Shown in pieces: positions 11,291 to 19,571 of a stretch of DNA of 64,000 bases (position 1 is its first letter; every line of letters starts with the position of its first letter). The DNA lies in the NCBI GenBank assembly GCA_905213875.1, contig CAJMJN010000004.1, positions 2,370 to 66,369 on the forward strand, in the 5' to 3' direction. This DNA is from an uncultured Clostridium sp. (GTDB taxonomy: Bacteria > Bacillota > Clostridia > TANB77 > CAG-508). The position numbers were made by a program, and so were the translations under genes. Below the pieces are notes generated by a model, which saw nothing but the letters and a program-made list of their open reading frames with translations, ran no database searches and was not told the origin of the DNA.

Positions 11291-12906
11291 GGTAAGTCTC
11301 CTTCTATTTTTATAGTAACAATACTATTATCTTTTTGTCCCGCTGTTGAAACTACATTTGTTAATATAACATCATTTTTCAACTTTGCTACAAAAAATCC
11401 TAATTGTTCGTATTTGCTTGATTGTGCATTTATTACTACTTTTGTTCCTGTTGTGTTTTCTATTGATGTTAATTGCACTTGTTCAGGTATAACTGACATT
11501 ATTTGATTTAATAAGTTTGGAATCGCATTTCTTGTTTTGTTTCTATCTGTTATCCTGTCATTTGCATCTTCTAAGTTTTTAATCATTGTTGAATAATCAT
11601 TTGTTTTTGTTTTTATTTTTTCATTATCACTTTTAGCTAATGCTATTTGACTATTTGTTTGAGCCATAGACTCTTCTGCTTCTTGTTCCTTTTTGTTCAT
11701 TTGATAATTTAACATTCCTGAAAATCCACTATATATTACTACTAACAAAAATAGTGAAACAGCTATTCTTACTAGGCTTTTTTCAGTTTTATCTAGTTTT
11801 TCTCCTAAGTCCCATGTTAATAGTCCACCTTTATTTTTCTTTTCTTTTTTCGTTTTTTCCGGATCTATTTCTATTTTCATCCAACTTGGAATTTTTTCAA
11901 CAAAACTCATTTTTTTAAAGTTCATTCCTGCAATTCCTTCATTAAGTCCCATTAATGCAAGTGATATTGCCGAATTCACTTCTATATAATCTTTTATATT
12001 TATATTTCCTGTATTTTCCACAAAATATGGTTTTAATATTTCACATGTTACTTCTGTTAAATATTCTTGAAAATATAAGTCTATATTATTAACTAATGAT
12101 GCTGTACCTGTAATATATACTTTTTCAATTTTTTCTGTAGTTGAATTTATTGCTTTTTTTACTTGTCCTACAATATTATATAATGTAGGCATTATATCTG
12201 CTAAATATCCTTCTTCTTCTGATTGTAATTCTCTTCCTTCTGATGTATATATAGTTGTATTTTTACATATTTCATATGCTTTTGAATAAGAGTTTTCCCT
12301 TAGGTTTATTTTATCAAGTATTTCTTGACTTCCTTCATCTAGTTTTTCTACATTATATATTTTTCCATTTATTATTGTTGTCAACTCTGTATGGTCTTCT
12401 ATATTTACTATAATACAGTTTTCATCTTTTTCTATTTGTGCTAAATTCGGAATTGACATTCCTATAGGAGAAACATTTCCTAAATGATAATCTGAAATTT
12501 GTTGTATTCTTTTATTTAATTCAATTTTGTTATCTGCTATATGAATTATTCTTAATTTATCTCTGTCTAATTGATTATCTACAACTGCATATCTGGTTTC
12601 AAAAACATTTGGGTTGTAACCTTTATCTGCACAATATGCTTCAAATTCAGTTCTTATTGCCTTTTGCAAGTCACTTTTGGTTAATAATGCATACATGTTA
12701 AAGTAATTGTACATTTCTTCTGACATATTAACACTTATAGGTGTTTTTTGGCTATATGTTTCTTCTACAACTTGATCTATAGCATCGCCTAATTTTTCAT
12801 AAAATTTTATCCCAAAAGCATCTATTTTTAGATTGTCATGATCTTTTGAAACTTTTGCATATTTAATTATATTGTTTTCTATATATAGCCCTAAGCAACT
12901 TGACAT
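11287..12906 (-). CDS. PilM-PilN fusion protein
   Basis: The N-terminal ~330 aa are an actin-like ATPase fold of PilM type (LGLYIENNIIKYAKV...). These are followed by a TM segment (IAVSLFLLVVIYSGF) and a PilN-like coiled-coil/periplasmic part. It is the first gene of the cluster. Confidence 0.75.
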   Translation of the reverse strand: MSSCLGLYIENNIIKYAKVSKDHDNLKIDAFGIKFYEKLGDAIDQVVEETYSQKTPISVNMSEEMYNYFNMYALLTKSDLQKAIRTEFEAYCADKGYNPNVFETRYAVVDNQLDRDKLRIIHIADNKIELNKRIQQISDYHLGNVSPIGMSIPNLAQIEKDENCIIVNIEDHTELTTIINGKIYNVEKLDEGSQEILDKINLRENSYSKAYEICKNTTIYTSEGRELQSEEEGYLADIMPTLYNIVGQVKKAINSTTEKIEKVYITGTASLVNNIDLYFQEYLTEVTCEILKPYFVENTGNINIKDYIEVNSAISLALMGLNEGIAGMNFKKMSFVEKIPSWMKIEIDPEKTKKEKKNKGGLLTWDLGEKLDKTEKSLVRIAVSLFLLVVIYSGFSGMLNYQMNKKEQEAEESMAQTNSQIALAKSDNEKIKTKTNDYSTMIKNLEDANDRITDRNKTRNAIPNLLNQIMSVIPEQVQLTSIENTTGTKVVINAQSSKYEQLGFFVAKLKNDVILTNVVSTAGQKDNSIVTIKIEGDLP

Positions 12907-13103
12907 CTCTTTCTCCTTTTATTTTATATTTTTATTTTTTACATTAAATAAAAAAACATACTTGTAATATATTTTATATTATTCTATTTTTTTCTTGTTC
13001 ATAAAATCTCGAATATACTTATATTTTATATTTTATTGTAAAAAAGTCAATATGTTTAACAGAACCGTAATGTAAATGTAATAGAATTGTAATATTACGA
13101 TTT

Positions 13104-14477
13104 TTAGCCATTTTTAGCCATTTTGCAAATGAAAAATCCATCTGTTTTTTCATTCTGATATACTTGTAAGTACTTACAGTTTTTTATATATTTTTGAAAG
13201 AATTCATTTGCATTTTTTTCATCTTTTAATTGTTCATTTTTTTCAAAATCAAATTTTTCCACATTAAAATTCGAATTGTTTTTCATAAATTCTTCTATTA
13301 CATCTTCGTTTTCTTCTTTAAATATACTACAAGTCGAATACACAATTTTTCCATTTTTCTTTAAATATTTTGAACAATTTTCTAAAATTTTATATTGTAT
13401 TTTTGAAATTTCTTTTATATTTTTTTCATTTTTTTGCCATTTTATGTCTGGTTTTCTTTTTAAAACACCTATTCCCAAACATGGTACATCTAATAAAATT
13501 TTATCAAATTTTTCTTTATATTCATCTTTATATATTGTTGCATCTTGTACATTTGTTTCTATGATTTTTAGTTCTAATCTTTTGGCTGCATTTTCCACTA
13601 ATTTCGTTCTGTGTTCATGTATATCCCATGCTTCAATTTTTCCTTTGTCTTCCATTATCTCTGCTAAATATGTAGTTTTCCCTCCAGGACTACTACAAGC
13701 ATCTAAAATATTTTCTCCTGAGTCTGGATTTAAAACTAAAGCTGTTAATCCTGCTACCTCATCTTGTATCGTAAAATATCCTTTTTTAAATTCTTCTATA
13801 TTTTCTATTTTTTTAGCTTTTTTTATTATAAGGAAATCATTTAATATTCCGTCTTCTACTTCTATTCCTTTATTTTGCAATTTTTCTTTTAATTCTTGTT
13901 TGCTTATTTTTAAATTGTTAACACGAATAGAAATATTAGGTCTAATATTTGAACATTTACATATTTTTTCTATTTGTTCTAATGATAATCCTTCTTTTTT
14001 TAATTCCAAAATTATCCATTCTGGCATTGACGTAATTTTTGATATTCTTTTTATATTGTCTTTTTCTTCAAATAATTCAGTGTAATCTTTTTTATCCACT
14101 TTTCTTAATACTGCATTTACAAAACCTACGCTACCTTTATTTCCATATCTTTTAGCTAATTTTACTCCTTCATTAACTGCTGCTGATTTTGGTATTTTGT
14201 CTAAAAATATTATTTGATATATTGACATTCTTAAAATATTTAAAATCCATTTTGATATCTTTTTTAATTTTATTTTTGAATATTTTTTTATTATTTCATC
14301 TAATGTAAGTTTCCATGTTGTTACACCATATATAATTTCAGATATTAAACTAATGTCTTTAATATTTAAATTTTCTTTCTGTTTTTTTATTTCATTATTT
14401 AACACAATATTTGAATAAGCATTTTCTTCATCTATTTTATATAGAATTTTTAATGCTGTTTCTCTTGCTTTATCCAT
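13104..14477 (-). CDS. rsmB: 16S rRNA (cytosine967-C5)-methyltransferase RsmB/Sun
   Basis: NusB-like N-terminal domain (ARETALKILYKIDEENAYSNIVL), SAM-binding motif (LDACSSPGGKTT) and catalytic motifs DVPCLGIG and YSTCSI. Confidence 0.85.
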   Translation of the reverse strand: MDKARETALKILYKIDEENAYSNIVLNNEIKKQKENLNIKDISLISEIIYGVTTWKLTLDEIIKKYSKIKLKKISKWILNILRMSIYQIIFLDKIPKSAAVNEGVKLAKRYGNKGSVGFVNAVLRKVDKKDYTELFEEKDNIKRISKITSMPEWIILELKKEGLSLEQIEKICKCSNIRPNISIRVNNLKISKQELKEKLQNKGIEVEDGILNDFLIIKKAKKIENIEEFKKGYFTIQDEVAGLTALVLNPDSGENILDACSSPGGKTTYLAEIMEDKGKIEAWDIHEHRTKLVENAAKRLELKIIETNVQDATIYKDEYKEKFDKILLDVPCLGIGVLKRKPDIKWQKNEKNIKEISKIQYKILENCSKYLKKNGKIVYSTCSIFKEENEDVIEEFMKNNSNFNVEKFDFEKNEQLKDEKNANEFFQKYIKNCKYLQVYQNEKTDGFFICKMAKNG

Positions 14478-14582
14478 TTTTTTATTTCCTTTCTTTATTT
14501 CATATTGCAATTATACATTTTTTTGTATATTTTTTCTAGCTTTTGGAAAAGATATTTTTAAAAGCTATTTAGGAGGTTTTAA

Positions 14583-14801
14583 ATGGAAGTTAAAAAACAT
14601 TTATTTATTACTGGAACTTCAACAGTTTCATGGAAAGATGCTATTGTAAAAACAATTGCAGAAGCATCTAAAAGTATTGATTATTTATCAAATGTAAAAA
14701 TAATTGAGCAAAGAGCAAATATTGATGGTGATAAAATTTCTGAGTATTTTGTCGATTTAGATTTAACTTTTACTATTGATGAAAACAGAAAAAATAGTTA
14801 G
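14583..14801 (+). CDS. Dodecin-like small protein
   Basis: 72 aa. ITGTSTVSWKDAIVKTIAEASKSI...YFVDLDLTF resembles the dodecin (flavin-binding) fold pattern. It has a GGAGG RBS and directly precedes spoVAC. Confidence 0.5.
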   Translation: MEVKKHLFITGTSTVSWKDAIVKTIAEASKSIDYLSNVKIIEQRANIDGDKISEYFVDLDLTFTIDENRKNS

Positions 14802-14818
14802 GAGGTTTATTTATTATT

Positions 14819-15283
14819 ATGGATCCTTTAGAAAGTAAACAAACTTATCAAAAATATGTTGATAAGAAATCACCAAATTCACCTATATTAAAAAATTGCT
14901 TTAATGCTTTTTGGGTTGGTGGATTAATTTGTACAATTGGTCAAGTCATTTTTAATATTTGCAAAGAACGTGGTTTTGATACATCAACTTCAAGTACAAT
15001 TGTTTCCATCTTGCTTATTGGAATTTCTGCATTTTTGACTGGTCTTAATTTATTTAATAAAATAGGAAAATTTGCAGGCGCAGGTTCTTTAGTTCCTATA
15101 ACTGGTTTTGCTAATTCTATCGTTTCCCCTGCTATGGAATATAAATCTGAAGGATATGTTATGGGAGTTGGTGGAAAAATGTTCACAGTTGCTGGTCCTG
15201 TTTTAGTTTTTGGTATTTCTGCATCTATTTTAGTTGGAATTGTTTATTTAATTTTTAATACACAAGCTATTACTTTAGTATAA
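14819..15283 (+). CDS. spoVAC: Stage V sporulation protein AC
   Basis: 154 aa, four TM segments, conserved NAFWVGGLICTIGQ and ITGFANS motifs of SpoVAC. It is followed by spoVAD and spoVAE. Confidence 0.9.
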   Translation: MDPLESKQTYQKYVDKKSPNSPILKNCFNAFWVGGLICTIGQVIFNICKERGFDTSTSSTIVSILLIGISAFLTGLNLFNKIGKFAGAGSLVPITGFANSIVSPAMEYKSEGYVMGVGGKMFTVAGPVLVFGISASILVGIVYLIFNTQAITLV

Positions 15284-15308
15284 ATTATTTATAGCTTTAC
15301 TTAATTTT

Positions 15309-15410
15309 ATATATTTTTTTCTTGCAACTCCCAACTGCATAACAATCTGTAACTTCGTAACAGCTTGTAATTTGTCTGTCCCCCCGAATTGTTGCCACAA
15401 AAAAATATAT
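15309..15410 (+). repeat. Copy 1 of a ~102-nt structured inverted-repeat element (candidate cis-RNA or MITE-like insertion)
   Basis: Sequence ATATATTTTTTTCTTGCAAC-TCCCAACT-...hairpin...-GTCCCCCCGAATT-GTTGCCACAAAAAAATATAT. It occupies an atypical 178-bp gap between spoVAC and spoVAD. An inverted homologous copy lies at 19382..19483. Confidence 0.7.
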
Positions 15411-15461
15411 AAAATTATTCAAATGTGTATTAATGGATTTTAAAAGAAAGAGGTTGATTTT

Positions 15462-16463
15462 TTGAAAAAAGTAGGTAAACAAACTATTAGTTTTGATTCT
15501 CCACCAACCATTACAGAGTGTAATAGTATAGTTGGTCCTAAAGAGGCTCAAGGACCACTTGCTAAGTATTTTGATTTAACTTTAGATGATGAGTTTTGGG
15601 GCGAAAAAACTTGGGAAAAAGCTGAAAGTAAAATTATAAAAGAAAATGTAAGTGCATTAGTCACAAAGTCTGGTATATCTACAAATGATATTGATTGTAT
15701 TTTTGCAGGTGATTTATTAAATCAATGTATTTCATCTAGCTTTGGATTACGTGACAGTAATATTCCTTTTATCGGAATGTTTGGAGCTTGTTCAACTTTT
15801 GTTGAAAGTATGTGTATGGGTGCAATCGCAGTTGAAAGTTTTGCCAAAAATGTTATTTGTGCTACTTCTAGTCATTTTTGTAGTGCAGAAAAACAATTTA
15901 GGTTTCCATTAGAATTAGGAAATCAACGTCCACCAACAAGTCAATGGACTGTAACAGGTTCAGGAGCTACTATTTTATCAAAAGATGGTACAGGTCCTTT
16001 TATTACAAATATAACTTTAGGGAAAATTGTGGATATGGGTATAAAAGATGCAAATAATATGGGTGCAGCTATGGTCCCTGCTTTTGCAGATACTTTATTA
16101 ACACATTTTGCAGACACAGGCAGAAATCCTAGTTATTATGATGCTATTATTAGCGGAGATCTTGGTAAAATTGGAAAAGAAATAGCTATTGATATTGCCA
16201 TGTCTAAAGGTTATAACATAAAAAGTAATTATAATGATTGTGGACTTATGATTTTTGATACTAAAGCTCAAGATACTCATGCGGGTGGAAGTGGATGTGC
16301 TTGTTGTGGTTCTGTTTTTTCAGGATTTTTATTCAAACAATTAAAAGAGAAAAAAATTAAAAAATTGTTATTAATTGCAACAGGTGCTTTAATGAATTCT
16401 ACAAGTTCTCAACAAGGAGAAAGCATCCCTGGAATTGCACATGCTGTTAGCATTGAACTATAA
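15462..16463 (+). CDS. spoVAD: Stage V sporulation protein AD
   Basis: 333 aa with a thiolase/KAS-III-like fold and the SpoVAD signature (IVGPKEAQGPL, FAGDLLNQ, MFGACST). TTG start with an AGAGG RBS. Confidence 0.9.
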   Translation: MKKVGKQTISFDSPPTITECNSIVGPKEAQGPLAKYFDLTLDDEFWGEKTWEKAESKIIKENVSALVTKSGISTNDIDCIFAGDLLNQCISSSFGLRDSNIPFIGMFGACSTFVESMCMGAIAVESFAKNVICATSSHFCSAEKQFRFPLELGNQRPPTSQWTVTGSGATILSKDGTGPFITNITLGKIVDMGIKDANNMGAAMVPAFADTLLTHFADTGRNPSYYDAIISGDLGKIGKEIAIDIAMSKGYNIKSNYNDCGLMIFDTKAQDTHAGGSGCACCGSVFSGFLFKQLKEKKIKKLLLIATGALMNSTSSQQGESIPGIAHAVSIEL

Positions 16464-16571
16464 ATTTCTGTGCTTTATATGCTGATTTTACTTTTTTATT
16501 ATTTGTAAATTATATATTTATTTTTATAGATTTTTGTTTAAAATCTAAATTTGTTAATAAGGATTTTAATT

Positions 16572-16964
16572 ATGGATATAAATTGGACAAATATTTTTGA
16601 TGTTTATTCGCTATTAAAATGTTTTATAGTAGCTGGAATTATATGTGTCATTGGTCAAATTTTAATTGATAAAACCAAACTTACACCCGCCAAAATATTA
16701 GTAATTTTTGTTACAACTGGTGCTATTTTGGGAGGTTTAGGTATTTATAAATATTTAGTTGAATTTGCTGGTTGTGGTGCTACTGTTCCACTTACAGGTT
16801 TTGGTTATAATTTATCTAAAGGAGCAATTGAAGCAGTAAAAGAATCTGGTTTGCTTGGTGCATTTACTGGTGGTGTAAAAGCTGCTGCTGGCGGTATTGC
16901 TGCTGCTGTGTTTTTCGGTTATCTTGCTTCTTTAATTTCTAAGCCTAAAATGAAAAAACAATAA
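16572..16964 (+). CDS. spoVAE: Stage V sporulation protein AE (AEB-type)
   Basis: The start was chosen at MDINWTNIF. Membrane protein with the VPLTGFG motif paralogous to SpoVAC. It is the last gene of the spoVA operon. Confidence 0.85.
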   Translation: MDINWTNIFDVYSLLKCFIVAGIICVIGQILIDKTKLTPAKILVIFVTTGAILGGLGIYKYLVEFAGCGATVPLTGFGYNLSKGAIEAVKESGLLGAFTGGVKAAAGGIAAAVFFGYLASLISKPKMKKQ

Positions 16965-17012
16965 AAAAAGTCCTTATTACTTTCTATATTGAAAATAATA
17001 AGGATTTTTATT
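16965..17012. terminator. Bidirectional rho-independent terminator between spoVAE and rplT
   Basis: TCCTTATTA...TAATAAGGA stem flanked by an A-run and a T-run, between convergent genes. Confidence 0.6.
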
Positions 17013-17026
17013 TATAATTATAATAA

Positions 17027-17377
17027 TTATGCTTTTTTTGCTATTTCAGCAATTTCTGCAAATGCTTTTTCATCATTTACAGCTAAGTCAGCTAACATTT
17101 TTCTGTTAATTTCTACATTAGCTTTTTTAAGTCCTGCTATTAATTTGCTGTATGTAGTACCATTAATTCTTGCTGCTGCATTAATTCTTGTAATCCATAA
17201 TTTTCTGAAATTACTTTTTTTGTCTTTTCTTCCTACATATGCATATGTTAATGATTTTAAAACTGCTTGGTTTGCGTTTCTAAATCTATAACTTTTTGCT
17301 CCATAATATCCTTTTGCTTGTTTTAATACTTTTTTATGTCTTGCTCTTGTTGTTCTAGCTGTTTTTACTCTTGCCAT
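17027..17377 (-). CDS. rplT: 50S ribosomal protein L20
   Basis: [29 protein letters not shown] is the canonical L20 N-terminus. Confidence 0.97.
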   Translation of the reverse strand: MARVKTARTTRARHKKVLKQAKGYYGAKSYRFRNANQAVLKSLTYAYVGRKDKKSNFRKLWITRINAAARINGTTYSKLIAGLKKANVEINRKMLADLAVNDEKAFAEIAEIAKKA

Positions 17378-17411
17378 TTATAATTCACCTTCCTTTGATT
17401 TCTACTTTATT

Positions 17412-17615
17412 TTAGTTTCCATATGGTAATAATTTTTTAATTGTATTTACACATGTTTTATCTGCATAAGCATCTTGTACTTTTCCAGATTTTCTTTGTC
17501 TAGCTGTTTTATTAGCTAGTAAATGTCTTCTGTTTGATTTTGTTCTTTTTACTTTTCCTGTAGCTGTTATTGAATATCTTTTTTTAGCAGCTTTATTTGT
17601 TTTTAATTTTGGCAT
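17412..17615 (-). CDS. rpmI: 50S ribosomal protein L35
   Basis: MPKLKTNKAAKKRYSITATGKVKR is the canonical L35 N-terminus. Confidence 0.95.
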   Translation of the reverse strand: MPKLKTNKAAKKRYSITATGKVKRTKSNRRHLLANKTARQRKSGKVQDAYADKTCVNTIKKLLPYGN

Positions 17616-17645
17616 AATGATATACTCCTTTCGATTTTTGTTATA

Positions 17646-18173
17646 TTATTTAGCAGAATTTTTTTCTGCTTTTTTAGCTAATATTGTAAACATATTTCTA
17701 CCTTCTAATTTAGGTTTCTTTTCCACTGTAGCAACATCTTCTAGGCTTTCAATAAACTTATTTAAAACAGTTTCTCCTGCTTTAGCATTATTTATTTCCC
17801 TTCCTCTAAATCTTACTGTTACTTTTACTTTGTTGCCATCATCTAGAAATTTTTTTGTGTTTTTTAATTTAAAACTAAAGTCATGTTCTTCAATATTCGG
17901 AGTTACTCTTATTTCTTTTACTTCAAGAGTTTTTTGCTTTTTCTTAGCTTCTTTTTCCTTTTTTGCTTGTTCAAATTTATATTTTCCATAGTTCATTATT
18001 TTGCAAACAACTGGATTTGCATTTGGTGCTACTAATACTAAATCTAAATCATTATCTTCTGCTTTTTTTAAAGCTTCTTCAAAAGAAACTAATCCTATTT
18101 TTTCTCCATCTGCTCCTATTAATTGAACTTCTTTAGCTCTAATTTGTCTATTGATTGGTAATTCTTGTTTTAT
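17646..18173 (-). CDS. infC: Translation initiation factor IF-3 (non-AUG start)
   Basis: The listed ORF starts at an internal Met. The frame stays open upstream as (M)KQELPINRQIRAKEVQLIGADGEKIGLVSFEEALKKAEDNDLDLVLVAPNANPVVCKIMNYGKYKF, matching the IF-3 N-domain. An ATA codon at 18173-18171 lies 7 nt after GGAGGTG. Atypical AUU/AUA starts are the established autoregulatory feature of infC. Confidence 0.9.
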   Translation of the reverse strand: MKQELPINRQIRAKEVQLIGADGEKIGLVSFEEALKKAEDNDLDLVLVAPNANPVVCKIMNYGKYKFEQAKKEKEAKKKQKTLEVKEIRVTPNIEEHDFSFKLKNTKKFLDDGNKVKVTVRFRGREINNAKAGETVLNKFIESLEDVATVEKKPKLEGRNMFTILAKKAEKNSAK

Positions 18174-18189
18174 GTTAAAACACCTCCAT

Positions 18190-18350
18190 AAATAAAAAAA
18201 TTTGACTTTTGTTACAAGTCAAATTAAAAAATACTTTAATACTTACATATTAAAATTATTTAATTCTAACCTTTTTCCCTCTTTGGATTAGGTGAGAAGT
18301 TTATTACTTCTTCTTGTAACGCTTATTATTATACACTGCCTTTTGTCCTT
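18190..18350 (-). promoter_or_regulatory. L20-leader-like attenuator upstream of infC-rpmI-rplT
   Basis: On the minus strand a terminator hairpin AATTTGACTTGTAACAAAAGTCAAATTTTTTT (about 18194-18224) lies just 5' of the infC RBS. It is preceded by GC-richer, stem-forming sequence (GAAGAAGT..ACTTCTC). Firmicute infC operons are known to be controlled by an L20-binding leader. The assignment is by position and architecture only. Confidence 0.45.
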
Positions 18351-18486
18351 TTGTCAAGGATTTTTCATGATTTTTTTATTTTTATATACATAAATTGGTC
18401 ACAAATTTTCATTTAGTTCCCAGCTAATTGTTTGGCTTTTTATGTGACAGACTTGAATATAAGCTTTTCTATAAATAAAATATTAA

Positions 18487-19317
18487 CTAATAACTTATCA
18501 GATATATTAATATACCAATTGATTGTATTACAAATAAATTCAACATATTTGAACTTATTAAATTATTTGTAGCCTCTATCACACCTTTTAACTGTTCTTT
18601 GCTTTCTTTTTTGTGATATTTTTGCGCCTCATTAAATGTTATAAATTCAGGTGCACTTGTAATTACTCCAAGTAATATTCCTATTATTATTTGTGATACT
18701 CCAAAGTTGTTGCACAATATTTCTAGTGAATCTGATAAAATATTACCTATTATAAATATTAAAATTGTTGCTCCAATTAATATAATTATATATTTTAATA
18801 TTTGCTTTTTATTTTTTTCCTCTGCTCCTTGCTTTTTTTCTATTTCATTTTCTTTTCCTAAATATTTCTTATGAATTTTGCTATCTGTTATAGAAAATAT
18901 ACAAAATAGCAATAAAAATATGATTATTATCATAAAATTTAGTTCTATATCTTTTACATATATTATAACTGGAATTATTATTGTAATTAGTACAATTATT
19001 AATTCTATTATAATTACTTTGTTTTTCATTTTTTTAATATTTCCATTTATTTTTACTGTTAAAAAATATTCTAATACATTAATTACATTTGAACTAAGTA
19101 TATTAAATATTCCGGTATCTATTAGTCCTGTGAAACCAGCTATACCAAGTGATAGTAGTTCTGGCACTGATGTTGCAATTCCTGCTATATTTCCAACTGT
19201 TTTTGACTTTAAATTCATACTTTGTGCTAATTTTCGAAGTGTGGTTGCTAATATATTTTTAGATATTATAACTATTAAGATTGAACAAATTATAAATTTT
19301 AAAAATGTTATTATCAT
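18487..19317 (-). CDS. CaCA-family cation/Ca2+ exchanger membrane protein
   Basis: 276 aa polytopic protein with two alpha-repeat motifs (GIATSVPELLSLG and GVITSAPEFITF) typical of Na+/Ca2+ or H+/Ca2+ exchanger (PF01699-type) halves. Confidence 0.8.
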   Translation of the reverse strand: MIITFLKFIICSILIVIISKNILATTLRKLAQSMNLKSKTVGNIAGIATSVPELLSLGIAGFTGLIDTGIFNILSSNVINVLEYFLTVKINGNIKKMKNKVIIIELIIVLITIIIPVIIYVKDIELNFMIIIIFLLLFCIFSITDSKIHKKYLGKENEIEKKQGAEEKNKKQILKYIIILIGATILIFIIGNILSDSLEILCNNFGVSQIIIGILLGVITSAPEFITFNEAQKYHKKESKEQLKGVIEATNNLISSNMLNLFVIQSIGILIYLISY

Positions 19318-19381
19318 AAAATCACCTATTATTATTTTGACATTTCTTTACCTTTTTATTCTAAATTTTATATATAGTTTA

Positions 19382-19483
19382 ATATATTTTTTATGCAGTA
19401 ACAATTCGGGGGGACCGACAAGTTACAGACTGTTATATAATTACAGTCTGTACGTAGTTGGGAGTTACAAAGAAAAAATATAT
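19382..19483 (-). repeat. Copy 2 (inverted) of the ~102-nt structured element
   Basis: The reverse complement aligns with 15309..15410 over its whole length, with conserved CTCCCAACT and GTCCCCCCGAATTGTT blocks and compensatory stem changes. It lies about 65 nt 5' of the exchanger start on the minus strand and upstream of the serS promoter on the plus strand. Confidence 0.7.
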
Positions 19484-19511
19484 TAAACTTGGAATATCTT
19501 TAGATAAATTA

Positions 19512-19540
19512 TTGATATTTGTCACAAAATACGATATAAT
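19512..19540 (+). promoter_or_regulatory. SigA-type promoter for serS
   Basis: TTGATA (19512-19517), a 17-nt spacer, then TATAAT (19535-19540). It lies about 30 nt upstream of the serS RBS AGAGGAG. Confidence 0.5.
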
Positions 19541-19571
19541 ACCTTAGAATTAAAGAAAAGAGGAGATTTTT

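Noticed and set aside
12907-13103. Possible c-di-GMP riboswitch upstream of the pilus operon, as is known upstream of pilA1 in C. difficile.
   Set aside because: The region is extremely AT-rich with only a short CGTAAT...ATTACG palindrome. I could not find the conserved GC-rich cores of either c-di-GMP riboswitch class. The same holds for the pilA upstream region 9969-10043.
13276-14085. 269-aa plus-strand ORF, together with others such as 20..313, 749..940, 3464..3979, 17617..17991, 18878..19486, 39944..40378 and 50871..51320.
   Set aside because: All lie antisense to genes with strong, recognisable homology (rsmB, tsf, rpsB, pilC/glcK, infC, the exchanger, the recombinase, ugd). Their products are Phe/Leu/Ile/Ser-rich low-complexity strings, typical of shadow ORFs in AT-rich DNA.
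19382-19571. Possible T-box leader upstream of serS.
   Set aside because: A good SigA-type promoter (TTGATA-17-TATAAT) lies only about 30 nt before the RBS. That leaves no room for a ~200-nt T-box. No T-box consensus or terminator/antiterminator pair was seen. The structured repeat lies upstream of that promoter.
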